Shown here piece by piece: positions 1 to 8,315 of a DNA stretch of 64,000 bases (position 1 is the first letter of the stretch; each line of letters starts with the position of its first letter). A program made the position numbers and the translations under genes. The stretch spans positions 280,532-344,531 of the forward strand of contig JAVETN010000001.1 in the NCBI GenBank assembly GCA_034006035.1. The letters run 5' to 3'. Origin of the DNA: Desulforegulaceae bacterium. Its GTDB lineage: Bacteria; Desulfobacterota; Desulfobacteria; Desulfobacterales; JACKCP01. Below the pieces are notes generated by a model. It did no database searches, was not told the DNA's origin, and saw only the letters and a list, made by a program, of their open reading frames with translations.

Positions 1-2
1 AC

Positions 3-2657
3 ACCTATGGTCTTAATTTTACTGAAGGCAAGGTTATGTGGAAAGGTTCATACGGTAATGACAAAGATATAACAGACAGGGTTCAATCAGGAAAGCTTGG
101 CGGCTGGCTTGATATGCGAGATGAAACAATCCCTAAATTCAGATCTGATCTTGAAGCAGTTACAAGCGAAATGATCTGGCAGATAAATCTTGTTCATAGT
201 CAGGGAGCAGGTGAAAGTTATTTTGACACAGAGCTTAAAGGAGAATACAAGGCTGATGATTTGTTATGGCTTTCAACTCTTGATTTCGGAGAAAGGATTG
301 ATTATTCAAAGGATTTTAAAATCTGGGTTGAAAATTCTTCAGTAGAACCTGCTGAATATGAAGATTATGAAGTTGATATGGGGATTTCCACAGCCGAAAT
401 TTCAAATTTCAGGGGAAGTGTTTTAGGAACACCTGACAATTATCCTCCTTTTGTTTATAAGTTTACAGTCGCTGAATCTGGAATGGTGGACAATCTTCAA
501 TCACCAGATGATCCTGTTATTTTGTGGGAAAAATATTCCAATGAAGGAATCAGGCTTAAAAGCGGGTATTCTGAAATTAATGCCGGAACTATAAATGTTG
601 ATTCATCAGCCACTCCTCATTCACCGGGTATCTCATTTGATATAGGAACCGGTTCTCTTGTTGCAGGAAATACTTTTAGTATAAATACAAATAAATTTGC
701 CCAGGTAGATTCCCTTGAAATGACGGTTGATAAAAAAGGAATTTTAAGCCAGCAAAAGTACACTTTCAAAGTTGTTCAGGCAGGAGATCCTTTAACAAAA
801 GAGATTTCAGGAGAAGTAGGTATAGATCCCATAAAAATTGAATGGTCAAATGGGGCTGGAAAAACAGGAAGTTTTACCCTGGATCCTCTTGATCCATATT
901 TTGTACCTCTTGAAACCGAAATAGATGGAATGAGGTTTCGCTTTAATTCAGGAACAATGATTAAAGGGGATTTATTTGTTGTAACTACCGATGAAAAAGG
1001 TGTTCCAACTCTTGAAGATCAAACCGATTATAAGTGGACTTTAAAAACCTTTGCAGAGGAATTCAATAAGAATGTAAAGGGGGTAAGAGCAATTGTTACT
1101 CCTGTAAATCAGCTTTCTCTTTCTCCAGACACAGCTGGTTTTGAAATTTCTGACTTAAAACGAAGTGGGAATATTCACCTTCCAGATACAAGGGTAAGTA
1201 TTCACAATCATAACTCCCTTAGGGCTTTACAGGAAGATATTGTTGTTACAAGGGATTCAAACGGCCATTGGACAATGTCTGGAATAACTGAAAAACAATA
1301 TTTGAATGCATCTATTGTTCCGTCTACCCTTGATGTTAAACAAACAGGGGGCGCAGCAGCTGCAACTGACTCAATATATAGTTTTGAAGTTACCCGGGGA
1401 GGCGTTATTGGAACAGACGAAGTTATAATAAACTGGTCAAATGCGGATAACGGAACAAATGGTACAATTACCCTGACACCTTCTTTAGATGTTCCTTCTT
1501 CACCCGGAGTTGATGGTATGGATCTTGATTTTGCAGCAGGCGGACGTTTGTATGAGGGCGATAAGTTTACCATGGAAACCGATGCTGCAGGTAATGCATC
1601 AGTCAATCAGGTTCCCCATGACAAAGGTTTTGGAATAGATCTTACAGGAAATGGAATAAAGGACATTGACATAGACTTTATAATTCCTGTTCAGGGGGAA
1701 GGTAGTTTTTCCTTTAGTCTTACTCCAGATCAATCTGAATTTAGTTATGCTTTTTCAGATAATCAGTCTTCCGGGCCGGGAATTATGGCTGCAGCAGGTA
1801 TAAATACTTTTTTTACAGGTGCAGACATAAAAACAATGAAGGTAAATTCTGTTTTATCCGATGTTAACAATATTGCCGCCTCAACTATTAACTCAGTTGA
1901 AAGGGAAGTTGTGTCTTCAGATAAAAAAGTTTATTCTCCTATTGTAATAAAAGAAGGAACAAATAACTTTATCAGCTTTTCAGAGGGTGACAGCAAAGTT
2001 CTTTCAGCCAAAATAAAGCCGTCTTTATCAGGCGGTGCTTATAAAAATGAAAAAGAACTTGATATTCTTGCCGCAGATATTGAAAAGGCCCTTGAAGATT
2101 CAAGTTATTATGGAATTGATTATAAAGTAACTTACAATAAAGAAACCCAGGTTTTTGATATAACCCAGAAAAGAGGGGCAGTTGAAAAGGAAATAACTTT
2201 TCATTGGAACCTAAGTTCCATGGGCGATATCCTTGGTTTTGATCCCGGAGATTCCCAGATCAAACCTCCTGTGGATATTGCAGAAGGGGATTTGTCAAAA
2301 AGTGACAACTCAAATGCAATGAATCTTCTTCAGGTTCAAGATCTTCAGCTTTCAATTTCACAATGGGCATATCAAAGAGGGAAAGCTGCTTTTTCAGAGC
2401 CTGTAAAGGCCTCAATAGAAGGTTATTACAGGGGAATGGTAGGCGGGCTTGGTGTAAAGGCTGCAAGCATAGAAAGAGGTTTTGATTTTTCAAAGACAAT
2501 GGTGGAAAGGCTTACCCAGGACAGAGATACTGTTTCAGGAGTTTCTCTTGATGAAGAAATGATTAGTCTTATTAAATATCAGCATGCATATACAGTTGCA
2601 TCAAAGCTTTTATCGGTATCCGATGAAATGCTTCAGACCCTTGTTAGCATGAGATAA
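3..2657 (+). CDS. flgK: Flagellar hook-associated protein 1 (FlgK), 5'-truncated by the window edge; unusually large
   Basis: The frame is open from nt 3 (TYGLNFTEGKV precedes the listed ATG at 36), so the N-terminus lies upstream. The central GKLGGWLDMRDETIPKFRSDLEAVTSEMIWQINLVHSQGAG and C-terminal EEMISLIKYQHAYTVASKLLSVSDEMLQTLVSMR are FlgK-type segments. flgL starts 9 nt downstream. Confidence 0.9.
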   Translation, partial: TYGLNFTEGKVMWKGSYGNDKDITDRVQSGKLGGWLDMRDETIPKFRSDLEAVTSEMIWQINLVHSQGAGESYFDTELKGEYKADDLLWLSTLDFGERIDYSKDFKIWVENSSVEPAEYEDYEVDMGISTAEISNFRGSVLGTPDNYPPFVYKFTVAESGMVDNLQSPDDPVILWEKYSNEGIRLKSGYSEINAGTINVDSSATPHSPGISFDIGTGSLVAGNTFSINTNKFAQVDSLEMTVDKKGILSQQKYTFKVVQAGDPLTKEISGEVGIDPIKIEWSNGAGKTGSFTLDPLDPYFVPLETEIDGMRFRFNSGTMIKGDLFVVTTDEKGVPTLEDQTDYKWTLKTFAEEFNKNVKGVRAIVTPVNQLSLSPDTAGFEISDLKRSGNIHLPDTRVSIHNHNSLRALQEDIVVTRDSNGHWTMSGITEKQYLNASIVPSTLDVKQTGGAAAATDSIYSFEVTRGGVIGTDEVIINWSNADNGTNGTITLTPSLDVPSSPGVDGMDLDFAAGGRLYEGDKFTMETDAAGNASVNQVPHDKGFGIDLTGNGIKDIDIDFIIPVQGEGSFSFSLTPDQSEFSYAFSDNQSSGPGIMAAAGINTFFTGADIKTMKVNSVLSDVNNIAASTINSVEREVVSSDKKVYSPIVIKEGTNNFISFSEGDSKVLSAKIKPSLSGGAYKNEKELDILAADIEKALEDSSYYGIDYKVTYNKETQVFDITQKRGAVEKEITFHWNLSSMGDILGFDPGDSQIKPPVDIAEGDLSKSDNSNAMNLLQVQDLQLSISQWAYQRGKAAFSEPVKASIEGYYRGMVGGLGVKAASIERGFDFSKTMVERLTQDRDTVSGVSLDEEMISLIKYQHAYTVASKLLSVSDEMLQTLVSMR
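456..1592 (+). repeat. Three copies of a ~75-80-aa protein module inside FlgK (aa 141-220, 242-322, 448-519 of the listed ORF)
   Basis: Aligned by eye: YKFTVAESG..ILWEKYS..GISFDIGTGSLVAGNTFSINT / YTFKVVQAG..KIEWSNG..GMRFRFNSGTMIKGDLFVVTT / YSFEVTRGG..IINWSNA..GMDLDFAAGGRLYEGDKFTMET. Confidence 0.7.
1944..2243 (+). repeat. Single copy in FlgK of the ~100-aa module that is tandemly repeated in FlgL
   Basis: FlgK aa 637-736, VIKEGTNNFISFSEGD..GGAYKNEKELDILAADIEKAL..GIDYKVTYNKETQVFDI..ITFHWNLSSMGDILGFD, carries the same ordered landmarks as the FlgL modules (EGxNxxIxF, Y-x3-LAxxIE, IDYxVxY-x2-T, W-N/S, LGFD). Confidence 0.7.
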
Positions 2658-2666
2658 GGGGGAGAT

Positions 2667-5321
2667 ATGAGAATAGCTTCAAAAACAATTTATGAGTTAC
2701 AAAAAAATCAGTTGGGCAGTCTTTATAAAAACCTTGCTAAAAACAATAGTATTGTTGCTACTGGTAAAAGAATAAATAAAATTTCAGACGATCCAGTGGG
2801 TCTTACCCAGGTTTTAAATTTTAAGTCAGGTGTAAGTTATCTTTCACAAATTGATACAAATATTGAAAATGGGGTAACCTGGCTGAGGTCTGGTGAAACA
2901 GCAATAAGCAGTGTGGAAGATTTGACTCTGGAAATGAAAACCCTTGCACTTAAGCTTAAAAATGATTCGGTTAATGCCGGTCAGAGAAAGGAAGCAGTAA
3001 ACCGGGTAAATGCAGTACTTGCAGAACTTGTAAATTTAGGAAACACCCAGAGCAAAGGGGAATATATATTTTCCGGGAATAAAACAAATGTTCAACCTAT
3101 TGTTCCAGATGACTTGAATAATCCTCAGAGTATCAAATATAATGGTGATGAATTTTCATATCAGGTGAAAATTTCTCAGACAGATACAGTGGAAGTAGGA
3201 CATAAAGGCTCTGAAGTTTTTTGGGATGATCAGGTTGTTGTTGACTCAACAAATAATTCAATAGATTTTAAAGAAACCATAAGAGGCGGATTTAAAGTTG
3301 GCAATATAAAAGCAGGGGAATCTCTTAAAAACGATCAGGTCAAGTTAGAGGTCAAAAATTACGAGGCCATTGACAAAGGTAGCTTTGAACTGGCTCCTCT
3401 CCAATTTGTTTGGAACAGAGATCTTAAAGAGTGGAAGGTGAATAATGATCCAGGTTATGGTCTTCCTGAAACAATTAAAGGTACAGAAGATGCCTTTGAT
3501 CTTGATCTTGATAAAGACGGATTCGCAGATATAGAAGTAAGGCTTACCCAGGGAGCTGAACATGACGAATATGTTGAGTTTTCCCTTGAGCCCCATGATA
3601 TTGAAATTAAGGCTGAAATTCCAGATGGAACCTATTCAAGGGAAAAACTTGCCCTGGCTGTTGGAAACGCCCTTACAAAAGCCTCCGAAGAAAACGGATA
3701 CAAACTTGATTATAAAGCCGTTTATAGCAAGGAAACAAAAAAGTATTCAATTAGCTATGATGAAAATTCATTTGACGGATATATAAAAACAGACTTTTTG
3801 TGGACAACAGGCGAAAATTCCGGACGCAGCATAGGAACTGACCTTGGATTTGATATTTCAGATACAAAATTTGAACCGGCAGTAAGTGATAACAGGCTTG
3901 GAAAAATAATTCAGATCGGCGTAAATGACACCATGAATTTTTCAGTTGACGGTGGCACTACATTTCAAACAATTATTGTTCCTCCAGGTAAATACAGCAA
4001 TGAAGAGCTTGCTGAAGAAATTGAAAACCAGATGAAGCTTGCTGTAGGAAACATAGACTTTAATGATAAGTTTGAAGTGAAATTTAACAGTAAAGATGTA
4101 AGGTTTGAGTTTGATGCCTCAAATACATTTCCAGGTTCAGTAGACCTTGAACTTTATTGGAATAGCGGCCCCCAGGATCTTGGCCGCACCCTTGGATTTC
4201 CTGTTTACACAGATGATACAGGAAGTCTTGAATATAAGGGTTTGAGTTTTGCTCCAAAGGCAGAAATTGAAGAAGGAGTAAATGATACAATAGATTTTGC
4301 TCTTGACGGAACACCTTACTCTGTAACCATACCAGCAGATGATTATTCTCTTGACGATCTTGCTCTTCAAATAAAAAAAACAATGATGCTTGAAACAGGA
4401 AATGAAAACCTTGATGTAGCCTTTGATTCAAATTCAGGAGAAATTAAATTTGACGCTTCAGGCAGTGGAGTAGCAGTTTTTGAACTTTTATGGAGTTCAG
4501 GCCTAAATTCTTCAAAATCTGCAGCAGAAGTTCTTGGCTTTGATCCAACTATAGACAGCACTGCTGCACTTGATTATTCAGGAACAAATCTTCCCCTTGG
4601 AGTTGAAATAATTGAAGGTGTAAATGACAGAGTTAATTTCAGGGAGTTGCCTCAAAACGGTGAGTTTTCTCCACAGCTTTCATTTACAATCAAACCTGGG
4701 AATTATACTGGAAAAGAACTGGCTGAACATGTGGAATTTCAAATGGAACAGGCATCTGCAGCAGAAGGCCACAATATTGACTATACTGTGAGTTATGATT
4801 CAAAAACCCATCAATATAAATTCAGGGAAAACGGCTCAAAGTTAAATGAAATTCAGTTTTTATGGAACTCAGGCTTGGACAGGCCGATTTCAGAAGGGGG
4901 AACAGGGCAAAGTGCTGCTGTAACCCTTGGGTTTGATCAAAACAAAAATCATAGTGCAGTTTTAACAAATACAAGTACTGAAGAAGTTTCCTGGGGACTT
5001 TTTGATACCCTTGTTGATTTTAAAGAATATCTTGAAAACAATGATATTGACGGGATAAACAGGACGCTTACAAGACTTGACTCTCATTATGAAAAACAAT
5101 TAAGTCAGGTTGCCAAAATTGGAATGAAAGAGTCAAGACTGGTAACAAGACAGTCAATTGTTTCTAATCTTTCATTCAGATATGAAGAAAACAGGGCTCA
5201 GATTGAAGAAGCCGATATTGTGAAGGCGATTTCTGATCTAATGGCTTCTGAAACTGCTTATCAGGCATCTTTGGCTTCTTCAGCAAGAGTGATGAGGTTA
5301 AGTCTTGCTGATTATATTTAA
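2667..5321 (+). CDS. flgL: Flagellar hook-associated protein 3 (FlgL), 884 aa, with a ~580-aa repetitive insert
   Basis: The N-terminus MRIASKTIYELQKNQLGSLYKNLAKNNSIVATGKRINKISDDPVG is a flagellin-N-type helix. The C-terminus KAISDLMASETAYQASLASSARVMRLSLADYI is a flagellin-C-type helix. A GGGGGAG SD lies at 2658-2664, and the gene directly follows flgK. Confidence 0.9.
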   Translation: MRIASKTIYELQKNQLGSLYKNLAKNNSIVATGKRINKISDDPVGLTQVLNFKSGVSYLSQIDTNIENGVTWLRSGETAISSVEDLTLEMKTLALKLKNDSVNAGQRKEAVNRVNAVLAELVNLGNTQSKGEYIFSGNKTNVQPIVPDDLNNPQSIKYNGDEFSYQVKISQTDTVEVGHKGSEVFWDDQVVVDSTNNSIDFKETIRGGFKVGNIKAGESLKNDQVKLEVKNYEAIDKGSFELAPLQFVWNRDLKEWKVNNDPGYGLPETIKGTEDAFDLDLDKDGFADIEVRLTQGAEHDEYVEFSLEPHDIEIKAEIPDGTYSREKLALAVGNALTKASEENGYKLDYKAVYSKETKKYSISYDENSFDGYIKTDFLWTTGENSGRSIGTDLGFDISDTKFEPAVSDNRLGKIIQIGVNDTMNFSVDGGTTFQTIIVPPGKYSNEELAEEIENQMKLAVGNIDFNDKFEVKFNSKDVRFEFDASNTFPGSVDLELYWNSGPQDLGRTLGFPVYTDDTGSLEYKGLSFAPKAEIEEGVNDTIDFALDGTPYSVTIPADDYSLDDLALQIKKTMMLETGNENLDVAFDSNSGEIKFDASGSGVAVFELLWSSGLNSSKSAAEVLGFDPTIDSTAALDYSGTNLPLGVEIIEGVNDRVNFRELPQNGEFSPQLSFTIKPGNYTGKELAEHVEFQMEQASAAEGHNIDYTVSYDSKTHQYKFRENGSKLNEIQFLWNSGLDRPISEGGTGQSAAVTLGFDQNKNHSAVLTNTSTEEVSWGLFDTLVDFKEYLENNDIDGINRTLTRLDSHYEKQLSQVAKIGMKESRLVTRQSIVSNLSFRYEENRAQIEEADIVKAISDLMASETAYQASLASSARVMRLSLADYI
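3243..4934 (+). repeat. Tandem array of ~95-110-aa modules in FlgL: four clear copies (aa 299-396, 416-511, 534-626, 647-756) plus one degenerate copy (aa 193-298)
   Basis: Recurrent ordered landmarks are GVNDTMNF/GVNDTIDF/GVNDRVNF; YSNEELAEEIENQM/YSLDDLALQIKKTM/YTGKELAEHVEFQM/YSREKLALAVGNAL; LDYKAVY/IDYTVSY; LYWNSG/LLWSSG/FLWNSG/FLWTTG. The LGF landmark recurs at aa 393, 509, 623 and 753. Confidence 0.8.
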
Positions 5322-5353
5322 ATTAATCAATGGATTTAAAATTTAAAAGCTCA

Positions 5354-5383
5354 AACCCCTTTAAAACTTAAAGGGGTTTTTTT
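5354..5383 (+). terminator. Rho-independent terminator after flgL
   Basis: A perfect 11-bp stem, aacccctttaa (5354-5364) with ttaaaggggtt (5368-5378) and a 3-nt loop, runs into T7 (5377-5383), 33 nt after the flgL stop. Confidence 0.85.
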
Positions 5384-5519
5384 ATAAGTTTTTATTTTAC
5401 AATATTGTTTCTATATTAAATCTGGTGTTTTTTAATTTATCATATTAATTTAGTTGAGTTTTTAAAGTTTTGTTGGGTTTTTTTGTTAATTTAAAATAAA
5501 AAATCAAAGGGAGATAGTT

Positions 5520-6512
5520 ATGAAGTTAAAGGGTAAGAAAGTTCTTGTAACAGGGGCTGATGGGTTCATAGGCTCCCATCTTTGCGAGCTTCTTCTTGAA
5601 AAAGGTTGTAATTTAAGGGCCTTGTCTCAGTATAATTCTTTTAATTCCTGGGGCTGGCTTGAAGATATTGACAGGTTAAGCGAAATTGAGGTTGTTTCAG
5701 GAGATATAAGAGATAATTATTTTATAAAAAAGATAACTGAAGGTATTGATGTTATTTTTCATCTTGCCGCACTTATTGCAATTCCATTTTCATATCTTGC
5801 CCCCCAGAGTTATATTGATACAAATATTACAGGAACCTTGAATATATGCCAGGCAGCTCTTGGTAACAATTGTATGAAAGTTGTTCATACTTCAACTTCT
5901 GAAGTTTACGGAACAGCTGATTATGTTCCAATTGATGAGGGCCATCCTTTAAAACCCCAGTCCCCATATTCTGCTTCAAAAATAGGAGCTGATTCAATTG
6001 CCTGGAGTTTTTATAGATCCTTTGAGCTTCCTGTTTCCATTGCCCGTCCATTCAATGCTTTTGGTCCAAGACAATCTGCAAGAGCTATTATTCCAACAAT
6101 AATAACCCAGCTTTTAAAGGGTGAAAAACAACTTATACTTGGAGACCTTTCTCCAACCAGGGATCTTAATTTTGTAAAAGATACTTGTCTTGGCCTTATT
6201 GCAGTTGCTGAATCTGATGAAACTTCAGGAGAATTCCTAAACATTGGATCAGGAAGGGAAATTTCCATAGGAGCTCTTGTTGATTTAATTCAGGAAAAAA
6301 TGGGAACAAAGGCAGAAATTGTTCAGGCAAAGGATAGGATAAGACCTAAAGGTTCTGAAGTTTACAGGCTTTGCTGTGATAATACTAAATTAAAAAAACT
6401 TACAGGATTTAGTCCAAAAACAGGGCTTGAAGAAGGGATTAAAATAACAGCAAACTGGTTTTCAAATCCAGCCAACCTTGAGAATTATAAAACTGAAATT
6501 TATAATCTGTGA
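5520..6512 (+). CDS. NAD-dependent nucleotide-sugar epimerase/4,6-dehydratase (extended SDR)
   Basis: Rossmann motif VLVTGADGFIGSHL and catalytic YSASK (YxxxK). The segment SQYNSFNSWGWLED is one I associate with the dehydratase clade found in legionaminic/nonulosonic-acid cassettes. An AGGGAG SD lies upstream. Confidence 0.8.
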   Translation: MKLKGKKVLVTGADGFIGSHLCELLLEKGCNLRALSQYNSFNSWGWLEDIDRLSEIEVVSGDIRDNYFIKKITEGIDVIFHLAALIAIPFSYLAPQSYIDTNITGTLNICQAALGNNCMKVVHTSTSEVYGTADYVPIDEGHPLKPQSPYSASKIGADSIAWSFYRSFELPVSIARPFNAFGPRQSARAIIPTIITQLLKGEKQLILGDLSPTRDLNFVKDTCLGLIAVAESDETSGEFLNIGSGREISIGALVDLIQEKMGTKAEIVQAKDRIRPKGSEVYRLCCDNTKLKKLTGFSPKTGLEEGIKITANWFSNPANLENYKTEIYNL

Positions 6513-6677
6513 AATTATTCAAGTTTTATTTCGAAAAAAATTAAAAATTTAAATAAAATCCCTATTAAGGGTTTGTTTTTTGTAAATAATCTGGAAATCT
6601 AGAAATATCAGTGGTATATCAACTAAAGAAACAATGAATTGATTTTAACTTTCAGGCATTTTACCGGGGGAGATTTA

Positions 6678-7328
6678 ATGAGAAGAACAATTTATCTTGT
6701 TGGAGGCGGGGGGCATTGCGTTTCAGCAATTGATGTAATTGAGCAGGAGGATAAGTATAAAATCGGCGGTATTTTGGATTTGCCTGAAAAAGTAGGGCAA
6801 AAGGTTCTTGGATATGAAATTATTGGAGATGATTCCCAAATAAAAAAATATGCAAGAACAGATAACTATTTTCTTATCACCATGGGTCATATCAAAACTT
6901 CTAAAAAAAGAAGACAGCTTGCTGAAATGATTTCTGCTTTTGGAGGCAGGCTTGCAACTATTATTTCTCCATCAGCTTATGTTTCAAAGCATTCACGGGT
7001 GGGTGAAGGGACAATAGTAGGACATTCATCTAATATTTCTGCTGGGGTAAGTGTTGGAATTAATTGTATAATAAACACAAAAGCCGTTATTGAGCACAAT
7101 GTGAGACTAGGAGATTATTGTCATATTTCCACAGGAGCGGTTCTTAATGGAGAATCAAGGCTTGAAAACGGAGTTTTCCTTGGAAGTAATTCAATGGTTA
7201 GACAAGATGTAAGAATTGGTGAAGGAAGTGTTATAGGTGCCGGGGTAAGTGTTTTTAATGATCTTCCCTCAAGGTCATATTTAAAATTTCCAAGGCAGAT
7301 TTTTTACCCAGAAGACAACCAAAAGTGA
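6678..7328 (+). CDS. NeuD/PglD-family sugar acyltransferase (left-handed beta-helix)
   Basis: The N-terminal YLVGGGGHCVSAIDVI domain is followed by hexapeptide repeats (GEGTIVGHSSNISAGVSVGINCIINTKAVIEHNVRLGDYCHISTGAVLNGESRL). Start moved from the listed TTG 6639 to ATG 6678, which has a GGGGGA SD 6 nt upstream. Confidence 0.8.
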   Translation: MRRTIYLVGGGGHCVSAIDVIEQEDKYKIGGILDLPEKVGQKVLGYEIIGDDSQIKKYARTDNYFLITMGHIKTSKKRRQLAEMISAFGGRLATIISPSAYVSKHSRVGEGTIVGHSSNISAGVSVGINCIINTKAVIEHNVRLGDYCHISTGAVLNGESRLENGVFLGSNSMVRQDVRIGEGSVIGAGVSVFNDLPSRSYLKFPRQIFYPEDNQK

Positions 7329-7343
7329 GCTAAGATTAAATTT

Positions 7344-7377
7344 GCCGGTTACCATGGTTTTTAAACCGGCTTTTTTT
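7344..7377. terminator. Hairpin terminator between convergent genes
   Basis: gccggtt (7344-7350) pairs with aaccggc (7364-7370), followed by T7 (7371-7377). It sits between the acyltransferase stop (7328) and the minus-strand hydrolase stop (7376). Confidence 0.6.
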
Positions 7378-8272
7378 ATTTAAACTGGTCTTTTATTTTA
7401 ATTAAAAAACTATCAATCCCAATAAAAGTTTTTTTGGTAATTTCACCTAAAACAATTCCATGTTCATTAAAATTAACTTCATGATAAAGTTTAAAAGGGT
7501 TTTTTATTCTTGAATAAATTTTCATTCCGCTTTTTCCATCCACTTTTGGATCTTTGTCAGCCTGAATTATCAAGGAGGGAAGGGAAAGATAAGGAAGTTT
7601 TCTATAAACTTTTCTCATCATTTTTCTAACCTCTGCAATTGAGCTTATAGGGCATCTTTTGTAATTTATATGGGGATTGTCAGGATGGTTTTTAACAAAG
7701 ATTTTTTTAAATTTATCCAGGTTTTTATCAGGTATTTTATTGAAAAAATCTGCTATTTCAGTAAAGTTGGCTGAAAAACTTTTAAATTTTAAAGGAGCAC
7801 TTATTGAAATAACAGCCTTATATCTATCAGGATAGTTAAGAGCCTGGAAAAGTGCAATTCCTGCTCCTGTTGAAAAACCTGCAACAATTACATTGTCACA
7901 AAGGTTTTTTATAATTTCATAGCCCCGGTTAACAGACTCAATCCATTCATTGTATTTTCTGGATGATAAATCTTCAGGTGAGGTCCCGTGGCCAGCAAGT
8001 CTTGGGGCATATACGCTAAATCCTTTTGAAAAGAAAAACTCCCCAAGTTCTTTTACTTCCTCAGGAGCGGCCATTAACCCGTGAATAAGAAGAACTCCTG
8101 TTTTAGCATCTTTGTTTTTTAAAAGAAAAGGCTGACCTATTTTTTTAGGCTTGGATTCATTGGGTTTAAAATAGGATTTATATTCTTTACTAAAAAGTAG
8201 AACTTCATTTTTAATCAGTTTTTTATAGTTTTTTATGCCGGCTTTATTTTGAGAATTCATTTTAATTTCCAT
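7376..8272 (-). CDS. Alpha/beta-hydrolase (esterase/lysophospholipase-like)
   Basis: Oxyanion-region LLIHGLMAAP and nucleophile elbow GFSTGAG (GxSxG), in a ~300-aa fold-typical length. The start is uncertain: listed TTG 8278, or ATGs at 8272 and 8260. Confidence 0.7.
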   Translation of the reverse strand: MEIKMNSQNKAGIKNYKKLIKNEVLLFSKEYKSYFKPNESKPKKIGQPFLLKNKDAKTGVLLIHGLMAAPEEVKELGEFFFSKGFSVYAPRLAGHGTSPEDLSSRKYNEWIESVNRGYEIIKNLCDNVIVAGFSTGAGIALFQALNYPDRYKAVISISAPLKFKSFSANFTEIADFFNKIPDKNLDKFKKIFVKNHPDNPHINYKRCPISSIAEVRKMMRKVYRKLPYLSLPSLIIQADKDPKVDGKSGMKIYSRIKNPFKLYHEVNFNEHGIVLGEITKKTFIGIDSFLIKIKDQFK

Positions 8273-8315
8273 TTTCAAGATTTATTTGCGGCCAGCATAC
8301 TAAATTTTTTGTGAT

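Noticed and set aside
36-38. ATG at 36 as the flgK start
   Set aside because: The frame is open to the window edge (nt 3), and the canonical FlgK N-terminal rod-type helix is missing. The gene starts upstream of the window.
1208-4561. Antisense or alternative-frame ORFs within flgK/flgL (for example 1208-1606, 2260-2499, 3345-3596, 3562-3786, 4084-4431, 4137-4370, 4367-4561)
   Set aside because: All are embedded in the strongly supported flgK/flgL frames. They have low-complexity translations and lack SDs.
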